In this document: positions 1 to 14,249 of the stretch, piece by piece | How positions within the stretch are numbered: position 1 is the stretch's first letter | How the letters are laid out: each line of letters opens with the position of its first letter | DNA from: Octopus bimaculoides | Lineage: Eukaryota | Direction of reading: 5' to 3' | Assembly (NCBI RefSeq): GCF_001194135.2 | Contig: NC_068983.1 | Span: 146,013,380 to 146,077,379 of the forward strand | Length of the DNA stretch: 64,000 nt | Translations under genes and position numbers: made by a program | The notes under the pieces: model-generated | What the model saw: only the letters and a program-made list of their open reading frames with translations | What the model was told of the DNA's origin: nothing | Databases searched by the model: none

Positions 1-79
1 ATATATGCAAACTTAGAGCTAAATGATAACATATATTTATACTTCTATATTCTCGTGTGTATTTGTGTATATTGCTAAT

Positions 80-310
80 TTCTTCACTGCCCACAAGGGG
101 GCTACACACAGAGGGGACAAACAAGGACAGACAAACGGATAAAGTCGATTATATCGATCCGAGTGCGTAACTGGTACTCATTTAATCGACCCCCGAAAGG
201 ATGAAAGGCAAAGTCGACCTCGGCGGAATTTGAACTCAGAACGTAGCACTAGATGAAATACTGCAAAGCATTTCGCCCGGCGTGCTAACGGTTCAGCCAT
301 CTCGTCACCT
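80..310 (-). mobile_element. tRNA-derived SINE, family A (abundant octopus-type; possibly MetaSINE-like core)
   Basis: Reverse complement of the head (...gttagcacgccgggcgaaatgct...ttctgagttcaaattccgccgaggtcgactttgcctttcatcctttcggggtcgat...agtaccag). The same sequence recurs more than 15 times in the window. Confidence 0.85.
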
Positions 311-501
311 TATTTGTGCGTGTCTAAACGTGTTAGTTACTATGCGTGCTTTTGAATGTGTGTGAATATGTGTGCGTGTGTGCGTCTTTGTGTATGTGTT
401 TGTGTGCGTGTGCATGAGCATTCGTTCGTGTGTCTATGTACTCATATCATATTATGCATATGTGTGTATGTAGGTCTTGTATCTACATGTGTGTGTGTGC
501 G

Positions 502-558
<57 letters not shown>

Positions 559-2350
559 ATCAATTATATCTATAAGGTTTATAAGTGTATATGAGTATGA
601 GTGTGTAGGTGTATAAAACTATATACTCATATCTTTACTATAAAAGGCAAATCTACTCTGTGTGTGTGTATGTTTAAAATTCATACATTTACACAATTCA
701 AAATTTCTTCGATTAAACAATCGCAATTAATATTCTAAATACAATAAGTTAGGTCACTGCGTCATTTTTTCACTCCAAAAATTTCCTAATAATGAATAAA
801 ATCCGTAAAACTACAGGAGTAAACATTTTCTCCCTAATAAAATCTAATTTCCTCTTTCTAATACAAATCTTTTCAACTCCTACTTCCTCTGATGAACTTT
901 TACGAAAAATCAAACAACAAATACAAAAAGAAAGGAAGGAGAAAAAGAAAACTATCAAAACTGAAACAATCACATTTCGATACTCTACAAACTGTGAGTT
1001 TTTTTTTGAAAATCTTTTCGTAANNNNNNNNNNNNNNNNNNNNNNNNNNNNNNNNNNNNNNNNNNNNNNNNNNNNNNNNNNNNNNNNNNNNNNNNNNNNN
1101 NNNNNNNNNNNNNNNNNNNNNNNNNNNNNNNNNNNNNNNNNNNNNNNNNNNNNNNNNNNNNNNNNNNNNNNNNNNNNNNNNNNNNNNNNNNNNNNNNNNN
1201 NNNNNNNNNTTAACAATCTTTTTTAAAACACTTTTACTTACTAACATCTTTTTTATTTAGTGTGTGTGTTGCCCATATATATATATATATATACACTTAA
1301 GACTTAGTTGTGGGTCACATTGCAGCAATTCACCACATTCCAGAAGTTACTTTGAACATAATGCAAAACGGTGCATCGTCATCTACTGCCCAATCTGATA
1401 GAATTCTGGCAGAACTGTGTAGCAACAGATCGCCAGCAATTGCTTCATCACAAATTGCCGTCCTAGCTCCTGCGAAAAGGAATTACCCTGCTATGTATAA
1501 TCAAGGCAGCGCAAAAAGTTGTTTTGCACAAGCATTTGTATAGCCAATTAGAGGGATGAAATTTACGTACACTTAATAATGTTACACAAAACAGCCTTCA
1601 CACTTTCCCTATTAATTTCGTCTTTTGAATTATGAGCATATTTACATCATAAGGATTTTTTCATTGTAAGGCTTGCTTTTTTAGTTGATTTTCACCTAGC
1701 AAGACTTATCGTAGATGGCGTAATAAGTCACACCCGGACAACGTCGGGTTATACTGCTAGTGTGTTATAAATCTGTATGTATGTTTGTATGACTACCTGT
1801 ACGCATGGCAGAGACAAAAGAGAGTGGTATATATCATATGTGTGTGCGTGTGTGTGTGTGTGAGTGCATGGATGGATGTATATTTATGTACGTACGTAGT
1901 TGTATATTTGTGGGTTTGTCTGAGTTTCTGTATGTTCGTATGTTACATATTTACAGTGCCTTTGATCTAATTAGTTAGAGTCTATAGGCAGCAATCTGTA
2001 ACACTATATCTGTTCGCCTGTCTATGTATGTGCGTTTGTATGTGTGTATCTCCCTGTGTTTGTATTTGTCTAATTAGTTTATATGACTATCTTTGTCAAT
2101 ATTTGTTACATGTGTGCGTGGATATGAAGCTGTGCAAGCCTGTTTTAATTTCTCTCCAGCCATCGTTTCTTTTTCTCTCACATTAATTACATTCGCTTCT
2201 CATCCTCTCTTTCTAAATATCTTTTCAAACACTTTTGTATTTCCTTATTTCTCTCCTCAAACATCCTGGTAGCATCTCTATTTATCTGTTTATCAATTAA
2301 ACATGTTTGTGATAACTTCAAATATATATATATATACATATACATGCATA

Positions 2351-2410
<60 letters not shown>

Positions 2411-4429
2411 NNNNNNNNNNNNNNNNNNNNNNNNNNNNNNNNNNNNNNNNNNNNNNNNNNNNNNNNNNNNNNNNNNNNNNNNNNNNNNNNNNNNNNNNNN
2501 NNNNNNNNNNNNNNNNNNNNNNNNNNNNNNNNNNNNNNNNNNNNNNNNNNNNNNNNNNNNNNNNNNNNNNNNNNNNNNNNNNNNNNNNNNNNNNNNNNNN
2601 NNNNNNNNNNNNNNNNNNNNNNNNNNNNNNNNNNNNGTGTGTGTGTGTGTGTGTGTGTTCCCCCCCCCCACAACTTTGCGGTTCGGCAGAAAGAGAGGAC
2701 AGAATACGAGTACCAGGCGTTTAAAAACTGAGTACTGAGGTCGATACATTAGATTGAAAATTCATCAAGGCTGCATTCAATCTGCATTTGCTACTGTTAC
2801 TACAAAGGTCTCTAGCCATAGATGCAAAATGATTGTACGCCATCTCACTTCAAACCCTACATAACACTCATTATGCAATATTTTGGGCTATTTATGTTAT
2901 CTATATTGTGTCCACTTATCTACCTCCCATATCCTGCACTAACCACTTTTCCAGTATGTCCTTCCCAGAATGTCATCTCTCTAAAATTCTCACCTACCAA
3001 TGTGTTTCTCTTTTTTTTTTATAAGTTGCTGAAGATGGACATCTACTACATCGATTTTATCAGACCCTGAGAGCCTACAAAGACGATGATTGCAGATCCT
3101 TCCTTCTGACAAAACCTTTAGACATAATATTAGTCACTTCATAGTGGAATCGGTGGCGCTGTTAGCCAGAAAACGTGGTCTGAGCACTGTCACTGGAATT
3201 CTTACTCTTTTTCTAAGAACAACTAATGTAACAAATCATATGCTGGGAAGGAAGGTTGGTAAGTGATCTGGGATGACGAGAGGAGAGATGAGTGTGTAAG
3301 GAGAAATTGAACTAAGATGGCATGCAACTTTATACAGTTAATAACGATATTAGATTTAAGAAATACATATCTATCATTTATTGTCAGTCGGCAGTAAATG
3401 TTTCACTTATCTGTCTCAAAATGGTATTTCGAATAGTTAATATAATTTTGAGTTGAAAATCGGGAATAAATTTACTCATTATTTGACTCAGGGGATTATT
3501 GTTCGTTTCAAAGGTTATATCGAAATGGGTCACCAAGCCATTCTGGACATAAGTACATGTAATTTTTATATATATGTAAGTATACCCTATTCTGATACCC
3601 TGCCAATTATTGAGTTGAAATAAAACTACCAAAGAACTATATTTAAATATTTAACTTGAGAAGATGAAGAGACTGGCTATCAGTAGTGTAATTGCAAATG
3701 TTGTCGCTTAGAAAATGATTGATATGTGGTTAGTGGGCTTTGTTTCTCATTTTTCTCTTTTAGTTATTGTTTCTAATGACTCGTATCAATTCCTATTTGA
3801 AATTTTAGAACTTAATTCATTGGTAATGGTTAACATATATGTGTGTGAGAGTTGACATAAAGCTTAGTAAAGTGACAACAAATAACTTGCAGAAAATCGA
3901 GAAAATAGTGTAACAGTTAGCTGTTTCCAAACATTTTTATTTAACACACACAGTAAAACAAATAGCAAAGCATTATTTCGAATAATTATCGGTAACATCA
4001 TCAGAAAGTACAGCAACAACAGTGGTCACGCCACGCTTCATATAACAATGACAACTTGAGATAATAAATGCATACTCTCGTATCTTACATTAAACACCCA
4101 AAAAATCAATTAAAATAGCTAAAAATTCAAGTGCCTCAGGCTACATAGAGTTACGAACATACATGTAAATAAAACACCCAGGGCTAGAAACAGTCGTTAA
4201 CATTATCCAATATACATAACTACTTGTTCCGATATTGTCTTGAACTGAATAAATCTTGTACATTGTTTTAGTTCAACATTTAAACCGTTCCACAAATTTC
4301 CCCCACAGATAATAAATTCACATGTTCTTCGTAGTGGTACAAACACATTTCTTTAGATTAAATTTTCTCTCAAATTTTAACCTCACCCACTTAGTCGAAG
4401 AATACTGTATACATACATACATGCATACA

Positions 4430-4462
<33 letters not shown>

Positions 4463-4688
4463 GCATGTATGTATGTATATGTATGTATTATGTATGTATG
4501 TATGCATGCATGTATGTATGTATATGTATGTATTATGTATGTATGTATGCACGCATGCATGCATGTATGTATGTATGTATGTATATACTGTGTAGTAAGA
4601 TTTTTAAGAAGTAGTATAGCACTCGATCAGTTAAGAGAGTAAAGACAATATAAAACACAAAAAGCCTTGTCAATACATTCATATGAAA

Positions 4689-4756
<68 letters not shown>

Positions 4757-7260
4757 TATTTTTGTTTTTTCGCTTTAAACATTATTTGTGCTGTGTTAAG
4801 TTCTACGAGAGCCATGAACTTCAAGGTATACAATTTCAAAAACAGCATATTTGTGTATTTTCGATTGCTTACATTGTTAACTATCATTATGGATGTAGGG
4901 TACTCTTATGAGCTTTACAACATACCTTCCCACAGTAATTAAGATACGTCAATGCATTTGAATAATGCAAAAAGTATAACACTAATTTGCCTTGTTTCTC
5001 CACCTCAGAAAAGAAAACAAAATGTAACACTCTTTCCCGTTCATGTTCACGCATTTTATGAGGTTTCCAGTTGAAGATGTGGTCTCATATCACACCCAGC
5101 ACTTTATTTCTGTATTTACGTTGCTTATCAGCACTTTAATATGACTGCAAATTTTACAGTTTCCGAACAGCATAAGCCTTGTTTTATTCAAATTTTATGA
5201 TAATTTATTTATTAGGCACCATCATTTTCATTTTCATTTTCATTTTCTTTTTTCTGCCGTGAAAACCTCCAAAATTTCCTGTAAAATCTCCCTTGAACAA
5301 AGGAGAATTTGTGTTGTTTCAAATAAACTAAAATATCAGTATTCTCAATATACTACATTTGTTATCTATGCACAAAATATTTTTTAAAATAGGGGTCTAA
5401 AACTGACCCTTGATATAATATACCAGTAATATCCTTACGAGATAACTTATGGTTACCTTATTGTCTGCTGCTTAAATAGCTTCCCAGCCAATTAAATTCA
5501 ATCCCGCTTTGTAATTAATCGAGTAATATATTGTGATCAATACTATAAAACACATTTTTAGATCTATAAATACACCCTGTGAATACTTTTTTGTCTACAT
5601 AATTAGTAATTTTTCACTTAATTCAATTAGCGTCAAAAAGGTTGATCAGTCGATTGTTAGATAATCGAATCAATTATTTGACTGTTCATTATCAGAAGTT
5701 TTCATCAGTGAGTAATTAGCTCTATTGACTTATACGCAAGAACCAATGGGACTGCATTCCCTCTTCTAGACACGTACACAGAAAAACACGCGCACACACA
5801 TAAACACAGTAGGATTTGAGCTCAACCCTTAGTATAATCCAACGAAATACCTTTGGGGGGAATGCTCAGGAAAACACTACTGTATATCGTATTGATGTCT
5901 CCATCAGTAGTACACCAGAAGACACATAAGACGTACAACACATATAGAAAAGAGAGAAGAAAACAAAGTGACGCATAAACATACTAAGAATAATAGCAGA
6001 CACCACATTTGGCCAATAGAAAGAAATAACTTTGGTATGACAATATATACGATCCATCATAGACCATATCAGTCCATCTCTGTCAAAAATAAACTATAAT
6101 TAAGTATAAGATACACAAAACAATGTACTTCAAGCTGCCGTAGGCTATACAAAAACCACACCCACAAAAATACTAAAAATGAAAGATTATATAAACGTAG
6201 GAAGAGCTATGCCTTTTACCGTTGCAAACTTCAACCTTTACAATTATGCCACTACATGAAAAGTCACCTCCAAGTACCGAGGCATATATACAGCACATCA
6301 GAACATTACTTCAACAGTAAACTAAAAATACTATCTCTTCCATTCACTCTAGATAAACATAAAAATACTTACGTACACCAATATCCTTATATTCCGAATA
6401 GTGTTTTGCAATGCACAGCTACTAGAGTCAGTGCATAAGAACAGCATCTATCACGCATCCAGACCGAGTCCACCTTGCTCGCTTTTACAGAAACCGGTAC
6501 GATAATCTAAGGGAGCAAATTGAATGTGCAGTGGGGAGAGTGAAACATGTCTAGACTGTCCACATAGGATCAGGACGGCATGTCAGAGTCCTACCTGAGT
6601 TCCTAAATATTTATGGTCCTCAGTTACGCGGACACAGGTCACAACTAGGAAGATATAGATGTAGGCCACACTGCATCGCTCAGTTGACTATTTTCATACC
6701 ACATAACTACTCGATCAAAGCAATTCCTGGAAAACATAAAAACAACTTCACTCGTACCCTTCACTTTAAGCTGAAATCTAAACCACAGCACAGGATTCTT
6801 GCAAAGAAAACTCTTCGAAACTTATTTCTAACTCATGGATCACCTTTGATGATTTCAACCGGAAATATTGTTTCGAGAATTCCATGCTGTACTAAATACG
6901 GCTTCGTAATACAATTTCGTTATTTTACTCACTTTCTACGTGACACAAGTAACACTTAGTGAATGTTACGTTCACTAAGTGTAAGTTTCATAGTTTTAAT
7001 GATGAACTGAAAATTGAAAAAACCAAGCTTACGGTGGCTAGCCAGTGAAAGTGAGATAATATCCTGCCTTGCATAAGAATAGATTCTGAAATTCCTAAGG
7101 GAAAATGTATGTGTCGTGGGTGTTGACCGAAAATTAATTCGCTTCTTTAGTTTAGGCTTGGAATGAGGTGATGAATGATGTGAAGATTCTGCTAGCTCGC
7201 TATGAGACAGAAGTCGTTGAACTTTTTTCAATTTAAAAAAGTGCTTTATGTAAAATTGTT

Positions 7261-7447
7261 TTCAAATTTTGGCAAGAGTTCGGAGGAGAGGCTAAGTCGA
7301 TTACATCGACACCAGTGCTCAACTGGTACTATTTTATCGATTCCGAAAAGATAAAAAGTAAAGCCAGCCTCGCCGGAATTTGAACACAGAACGTAAAGAC
7401 GGACGAAATGCAGCTAAGAATTTTTCCCGGCGTGCTAACGATTCAGT
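7261..7447 (-). mobile_element. SINE family A copy
   Basis: Shares the gtcgattacatcgac...ggaatttgaac...cggcgtgctaacgattc motifs with the other copies. Confidence 0.8.
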
Positions 7448-7718
7448 GTGCTTTATGTTATATTGCCAATGCAATATTGATAGTCACTTTGTCTCTGTGT
7501 CCAAATATGCTTTGGAAGCGCTGTCATATTTCCCAGGTGTTGCTGACAAAAGGCTTCGTAATGTTGCATTGACTTCTAAAGAATTTCTCTGTAAGTCCTG
7601 TATAGTTTGTTGATATATTACAGGAAGAAATTTCAACAAAGCATACGATAACTTTTCTAGATATTTATGAATGAGCATTTCGTGTGTCTGCTGTTAAATT
7701 CCCTCTGTACGTACGTAC

Positions 7719-7749
<31 letters not shown>

Positions 7750-7942
7750 TGTACGTTCGTATGTATGTATGTATGTATGTATGTATGTATGCATATATGT
7801 ATGTATGTATGTATGTATACATGTGTGTGTAAAAGAGATGATGTCCCAGTAGTTCTCACGCGTTTGACAATAAACAGATTAACAAGGAGTGTATAAGCAA
7901 ATATTATCCGTGCCACTGCGTGCGCATGAATGTAATATCCAT

Positions 7943-7997
<55 letters not shown>

Positions 7998-8220
7998 NNN
8001 NNNNNNNNNNNNNNNNNNNNNNNNNNNNNNNNNNNNNNNNNNNNNNNNNNNNNNNNNNNNNNNNNNNNNNNNNNNNNNNNNNNNNNNNNNNNNNNNNNNN
8101 NNNNNNNNNNNNNNNNNNNNNNNNNNNNNNNNNNNNNNNNNNNNNNNNNNNNNNNNNNNNNNNNNNNNNNNNNNNNNNNNNNNNNNNNNNNNNNNNNNNN
8201 NNNNNNNNNNNNNNNNNNNN

Positions 8221-8828
8221 ATTGATCCCAATTCTTGACTGGTACTTTATGGTACCGATCCCGAAAGGTTGAAAAGCAAAGTTGCCGGCAGCGGAATTAG
8301 AAAAACTCAGAATGTAAATAGCCAGGAGAAACACTAAGTCATTCCCGATGACCTGTCCGCGATATTTTCCGCGTCGGTTTCCAAGTAGTGTGAAGAAAAC
8401 ATTGCCAGTGAGATGTGTCAGCTCTTTCGATGAAAAGAGAACTGTATGAACAGAAGAGTTTAAATGATATTTCTCAGTCGGAAAGGAATTCCACCGAAGT
8501 CGACTTTACTTTTCATCCTTCCAGGGTGGATAACTAAGGAGCAGTTGACTACTGTGATTGATGTATTCATTGATCCAATAGTAGAAAGGATTATTACATT
8601 CTTGCCTAAAACGGCAAGCAGACAGTATCGTTAATGCATCGGACAAAATGCTAAGCAGCATTTCTTCCGTCTCTTCACGTTTTGAGTTCGAATTCCGCCG
8701 TAGTCGACTTTACCTTTCATCCTTCCCGAGTCGATAAAATAAGTACCAGCTGAACACCCGATTCGATGTAATCGACTTACCCCTTCTCCCTAAACATCTG
8801 ACCTTTTGTCAAATTTAGAAAAATTATT
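8221..8828. mobile_element. SINE family A: minus fragments (about 8221-8340, 8460-8540) and a plus copy (about 8610-8828)
   Basis: Core motif gtcgactttacctttcatcc...gtcgataaaataagtaccag. Confidence 0.75.
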
Positions 8829-8989
8829 ACATTCTTCGTTCATGCTGATGAAAATATTATTAAAGTCAGTGTTGATCTGGTAGATAATGATGATATTATT
8901 CTGACAAGGTTCTTTACAATATTACCATGGGTGGAAACTTTTTCTGATTTTCTCCCTCTATAAAAATCCATCCCTACATAAAAACCCAG

Positions 8990-10900
8990 GTGACACTGAT
9001 GTGGTAGATATTCACCTTATGTATGGAGTTGTCTGTATGCAGAGTGGTAATTCCAGTCGGTTATAGTTCTTGGGAAGAAAGAGAGAAATGCTTGGTGTTG
9101 TGGGATTTGGGAGATGATGCAAATCAAGAATTAAGATTGATGAAAGATGGGTGGAATGATTGCACTTAGAGGAAAGTGATGTACAATCTGTTAGTTCGAG
9201 GAGCAGAAAGCGTTGTATTAGTGGTATAACAGCAGAGTGAAGAAAGAGGACGTTTGTAAGCAAATAGTTTATGTTGATAATTGAATTTTTTTTCCAGTCA
9301 GTGAAGTGTAAGTAGTGCTCCGTTTGAGGAAATTAACGTTTCTAGAGAATCAGAAACATATCTGACTAAATTATTTCGTGACTCTAAAGTGGAATGCTAG
9401 TCATTGAGATTTGGTGTTGGCAATGCTTTTTAATAGGATCATCCTCAGTGTTCATCAAAACCTGGTTACGGGGCTATCATTTGAAGAGAAGCTAAGTTTT
9501 CGTTGCGTTATTCGATACAGATTCGTAGTTGGGGAAAGTAATGTGGAATGAGTGATATACTTGAAAAAAAATAAATCAAAGCATGGAAAGATCGTACTAT
9601 AAAGTGGAGGTGATTGTGCGAAAAAATTCTTTCAATGATGTCTCTTTCAGTTGGATTAAAACCTCACCAGGAGTGATTTTGGTTTTCCATACTCTGAGAG
9701 ATAAATATTTATCCAGTATATAGTAGATCGATTCAGTCGATATTATCTTCCAATATAATTTTGGCTTGATGTCAATGTAAAGTATGATTATATGAGAAAT
9801 ACCCACAAACCAATGAAATATTGACTCCTATTGACTTGGAAGAAAACACGAAAAGCATTTACGACATAAGTGAAATGAACTTGGAAATTAAAACCGTTTT
9901 GTAGTTCGAATCTCTCGAATCTTTACCTCTGCTGCACAACGCTTCCTCCCGTAACTTTCAATATGCCCAGTTAATTGAAAGACATTGTTAATCTGGAGGA
10001 AAAGTATCATATTGATTTGTGTAAATCTCTGTAGCAGATATAAACATCATCTGATTAATTTTGTAACTTAATGATATTTCCTGTCTTAATTAATCCATTA
10101 GAAGACAAAAGAACTAACAAATATCAATGCTTAAATATCTCAATTAAATGTAATAAACCTGTCTCGTTTCTGATGTAAGATTGATTACTGCTTCAAAGAG
10201 TATTCATAAGGCAATTGCCGTCTGTAAATCCTTTTCTTCTCTTCCGGTAAAGTTGAAACAAAAGATTTTTCTCTAAGTTTGCAATTGAATTCTCAGGACA
10301 AAAGAAAAGTTTCCTATGCGAATGGAAATAACTAAATAGTATTCTCACTTAATTATTTTCTCCAGAATCTAAACATTTACAAGATACAATATTCAGACAG
10401 ACTTAACTGTTTTTAAGTTTCCTGTAGATATCAGCGTTGTAAAAGAAGTGAATTGACTTTTATCAGAACTCGAAACGGCCATATATATTTGTCTTCTTAT
10501 ACTTTAATATTCATCTTGAACATTATAAATAACGATTTCTAACAGGAACACAAACGTTATGTGGAGGGATATATATTTGATTATATCGTTTACCAGTATG
10601 TGAATGGTAATATGTAATCGACCTGAGAAGGATAATAGGTGAAACTGACCTCAGCAGTATTAAAAAATCAGAACTTAAAATAAAGGGACGTAACTGAATT
10701 CGATAATTCATCATGTCTGAGTTCTGCCGTTCTTTATCTAATGCCTTCTTCTAATCCCCCAACCAATAAAGAACAATACTGATTTCTAACATAGATACAG
10801 AACTCACATTTGTGGAGAGGAGTATTGCCGATTAATCGACCAAGTACTTTATTAGTACTCACTTTACTTACTACAGAAGGGAGAAAGTCAATGATGGCTT
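8990..10900 (-). mobile_element. Highly decayed CR1/L2/Jockey-like LINE remnant
   Basis: The minus strand near 9040-9100 reads KHFSLS-FPRTITDWN across a frameshift, like the SFFPRTxxxWNxLP LINE C-terminus. A TITSTL-like segment lies near 9600 and a degenerate SDD near 10050. Many stops; boundaries uncertain. Confidence 0.5.
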
Positions 10901-11040
10901 TGGAGAGATTCGAAATCTGAAGGTAAAAAGTCGTAACTAAAATGAATAAAGTATTTTTTCGGAGTACACTATTATAATACAACAAAGCTGCTGACCCACC
11001 CCTCGGGATGATCGGAAACATGTAACTCGGAATATGGAAC

Positions 11041-11430
11041 TCTTACTCTTTTACCCTTTTACTTGTTTCAGTAATTTGACTGCGGCCATGCTGGAGCACC
11101 GCCTTTAGTCGAACAAATCGACTCCAGGACTTATTCTTTGTAAGCCTAGTACTTATTCTATCGGTCTCTTTTCTGAACCGCTAAGTTACGGGGACGTAAA
11201 CACACCAGCATCAGTTGTCAAATGATGTTGGAGGGACAACAGACACAAACATACACACACACACACACACACACANNNNNNNNNNNNNNNNNNNNNNNNN
11301 NNNNNNNNNNNNNNNNNNNNNNNNNNNNNNNNNNNNNNNNNNNNNNNNATATATACATATATATATATATATATATACATATATACGACGGGCTTCTTTC
11401 AGTTTCTGTCTACCAAATCCACTCACAAGC
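11041..11430 (-). mobile_element. SINE family B (tRNA-derived, possibly Deu/Nin-like core, internal microsatellite)
   Basis: Reverse complement of ...ggcttgtgagtggatttggtagacagaaactgaaagaagcccgtcg(TG/TA)n...aacttagcggttcagaaaagagaccgatagaataagtactagg...ctccagcatggccgcagtcaaattactgaaacaagtaaaagg. Interrupted by an N-gap. Confidence 0.85.
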
Positions 11431-11440
11431 CTTGTGTGTG

Positions 11441-11473
<33 letters not shown>

Positions 11474-11607
11474 GTGTGCGTGTGTGTATTTGCGTGTGTG
11501 TGTATTATATGTGTATGTAAACACAATATTGCGTGCTAAATTGTATGACACGGAAATACATGTAATAATACCCATATTGTCTATTCGCTTCATCTTTATT
11601 ACTGCAT

Positions 11608-12236
11608 ACATGATGATGACCGTCCACTCGTGACTGAGGAAGACCATTGCTGACCTTTAGGAACGTTGTGCGCTCTAGGACTAACTTATATTTTGCATTT
11701 GCAGCTCCGTTGGTGGCTAATGAGCCCTGCTCTTGATAAGCATACACGACTACAAACACTGCAAACCAAGCTTTCCCCTTTCACTATGCTAGCAGTGCGC
11801 TCTCGAGCAGCACACTTAATTCTTCATACAGAATATGTGCTCTTTTAAAGCTGTCAAGCCCCTCCTTAACCTGCTTCCTCCATCTATGACGATGATCGGC
11901 ATTGCTCTCTCAGTCGGTCTCCTGCATATTATAGGCCTTTAATGAGGACTTGACACAGTCCTTAAATTGCAGCCTTAGTTTCTGCCGGGGTCTTTTTCCA
12001 CTAACAAGTTCCCCATATAGCATCTGTTTAGCAATCCTGCTATCCTTCATTCTAATAAGGTGTCCAGTCCAACGTAACCGGTGCTTGTGTACTATCGCCT
12101 CAATACTGAAGATATCAGCTTTTCTCAGGACCTGTGTGTCTGGAGTTTTATGGTCCAGCCAACATTCAGAATGTGTCTCACATATCTCTGATGAAAGCGT
12201 ACAAGGACCTTTTCATGACGTTTTTAAAGGGTCCAT
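11608..12236 (-). mobile_element. RTE (BovB-like) LINE, 5'-truncated 3' end
   Basis: The minus strand encodes IFSIEAIVHKHRLRWTGHLIRMKDSRIAKQMLYGELVSGKR...WRKQVKEG...CSVCSRVCLSRAGLISHQRSCKCK*, followed by a short (CAT)n tail. Confidence 0.9.
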
Positions 12237-12288
12237 GTATGTATGTATGTATGTATGTATGTATGTATGCATACACACTCATACACGT

Positions 12289-12598
12289 GGAGGTACATGG
12301 CCTAGTAGTAAGAGCAGCAAACTCGCAGTCGAGGGATCGCGGGTTCGAATCTCAAACCAGGTGATGTGAGTGTTTAAGTGTTTATGAGCGAAAGGCCTAA
12401 GCTCCACGCGGCTCCGGCAGAAGGTAATGGTGAGCTTCTGCTGACTCTTTCGCCACCACTTTCTCTCACTCCTTCTTCTAGCAGCTCACCTGCGATGGAC
12501 CGGCATCCCGTCCAGATGGGGAACCTATACGCCAATGGAACCGGGAAACCGAGCCTTTTGAGCCGGACAAGGTTCTTGAAGGAAAAACAACAACAAAT
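12289..12598 (+). mobile_element. tRNA-derived SINE, family C (V-domain-like central core)
   Basis: A-box TGGCCTAGTAG, B-box GGTTCGAATC (12342-12351), central CCTGCGATGGACCGGCATCCCGTCCAG, and an (AAC)n tail. Confidence 0.7.
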
Positions 12599-12953
12599 AT
12601 GCACACAAACATACACTCACACATGTACACGTGCGGACGAGCATGCAGGCACATAATCGCTTGACATGTATAGTATTTCAAGAACCAATTTATTAACTCC
12701 AGACGAAAGGAAAACCAAACCAGAATTTCTGGGTACAAGTTGAATGTACTCAATGAGAATCTCTTCTCATATTTCTGTGACGTCACTTTCATGACTTATT
12801 ATTCAGTATAGGATATCCTTCTAATTACGCAATTTGTAAGACTATACTAGTGTTCCGTGTAGAAGCAGTAATTAGATAGCTTATAATCGAAAATCTGACA
12901 CACTTACAAGACAATGGCGAGTGTGTGTGTGTATGTACATATGCATACATACA

Positions 12954-12985
<32 letters not shown>

Positions 12986-14249
12986 CAAGCATATATATAT
13001 ATATATATATATATATATNNNNNNNNNNNNNNNNNNNNNNNNNNNNNNNNNNNNNNNNNNNNNNNNNNNNNNNNNNNNNNNNNNNNNNNNNNNNNNNNNN
13101 NNNNNNNNNNNNNNNNNNNNNNNNNNNNNNNNNNNNNNNNNNNNNNNNNNNNNNNNNNNNNNNNNNNNNNNNNNNNNNNNNNNNNNNNNNNNNNNNNNNN
13201 NNNNNNNNNNNNNNNNNNNNNNNNNNNNNNNNNNNNNNNNNNNNNNNNNNNNNNNNNNNNNNNNNNNNNNNNNNNNNNNNNNNNNNNNNNNNNNNNNNNN
13301 NNNNNNNNNNNNNATATATATAATAAACGCTTGCATATACATATACATCTTTTTTATCTTTTATCTTTTACTTCTATTAGTCATTACACTGAGGCCATTT
13401 GCATGTGTGTGTGTGTGTGTGTGTGTATGCATACATGCATGTATAATTCGTACGTGTCATACAGGATATTTTGATAGGGAAGCCCCACTCTGATTTGTGG
13501 TACTTCTAATGTAAATAGAATATAGATAATCTTTTGATATGATTTCATTTTACTTTGAGTTTAATTCATGCCTCTTAAAACTTGATAAATCTTTCTGTCC
13601 CTCTCCTTCTCCTTCTCTCTCTCATACACACACTTTTTCTCTCTTTTCCATATTATAACTAAATTGATGTACAACTGTTCTCAGTGAAGTAGATACAAAG
13701 CCACATAGCTTTAATGAAAATTAATTATACATTTGATCTCATTTAATTAGAATAAATTTGCTAACCAGAGTTTTATTAGCTTTCAATTAAAATTACTATC
13801 CTAAAATGCTTTCAGAAATGTGCATCGAATGACTGTTTGGGTGAAGTTTAAAACAATTTAATTAAGAAATCCGAAATTAGGTCAACAATCCGATATCGAA
13901 AAATCCGTGGGAAGTTTTATGCGGTCGCTTAACTTGCTAGAAATTGCAATCAAATCCTTTCAACTCACGCTCTAAGTCTTCAAATAAAGGGAGAGCACAT
14001 TGGATAATATTTTCCTAAATATACAATGTTCGAATAAAAACTGCGAAGATCAAAGCTGGAACAGTTTTGATAAGTTTACTTATGGCTAAACAGCAACAAC
14101 ATCAAAAATCTTTTTCCATTTTTTTTCTTTCTGATTTCATTCTCAATTTCTTGTTGATGTTAAATTATGGTTGCACATAAATAGTCAATGATCCTTTTCT
14201 TTAGTTCATTATTAGTTATTGGTTTGCTTTGGTCAAGAGATTAAAGGGC

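Noticed and set aside
3140-3200. RE1/NRSE-like half sites on the minus strand
   Set aside because: Wrong spacing, and REST is not known in molluscs.
12289-12361. tRNA-like sequence as a tRNA gene
   Set aside because: It continues into a SINE body and tail, and no complete cloverleaf could be built.
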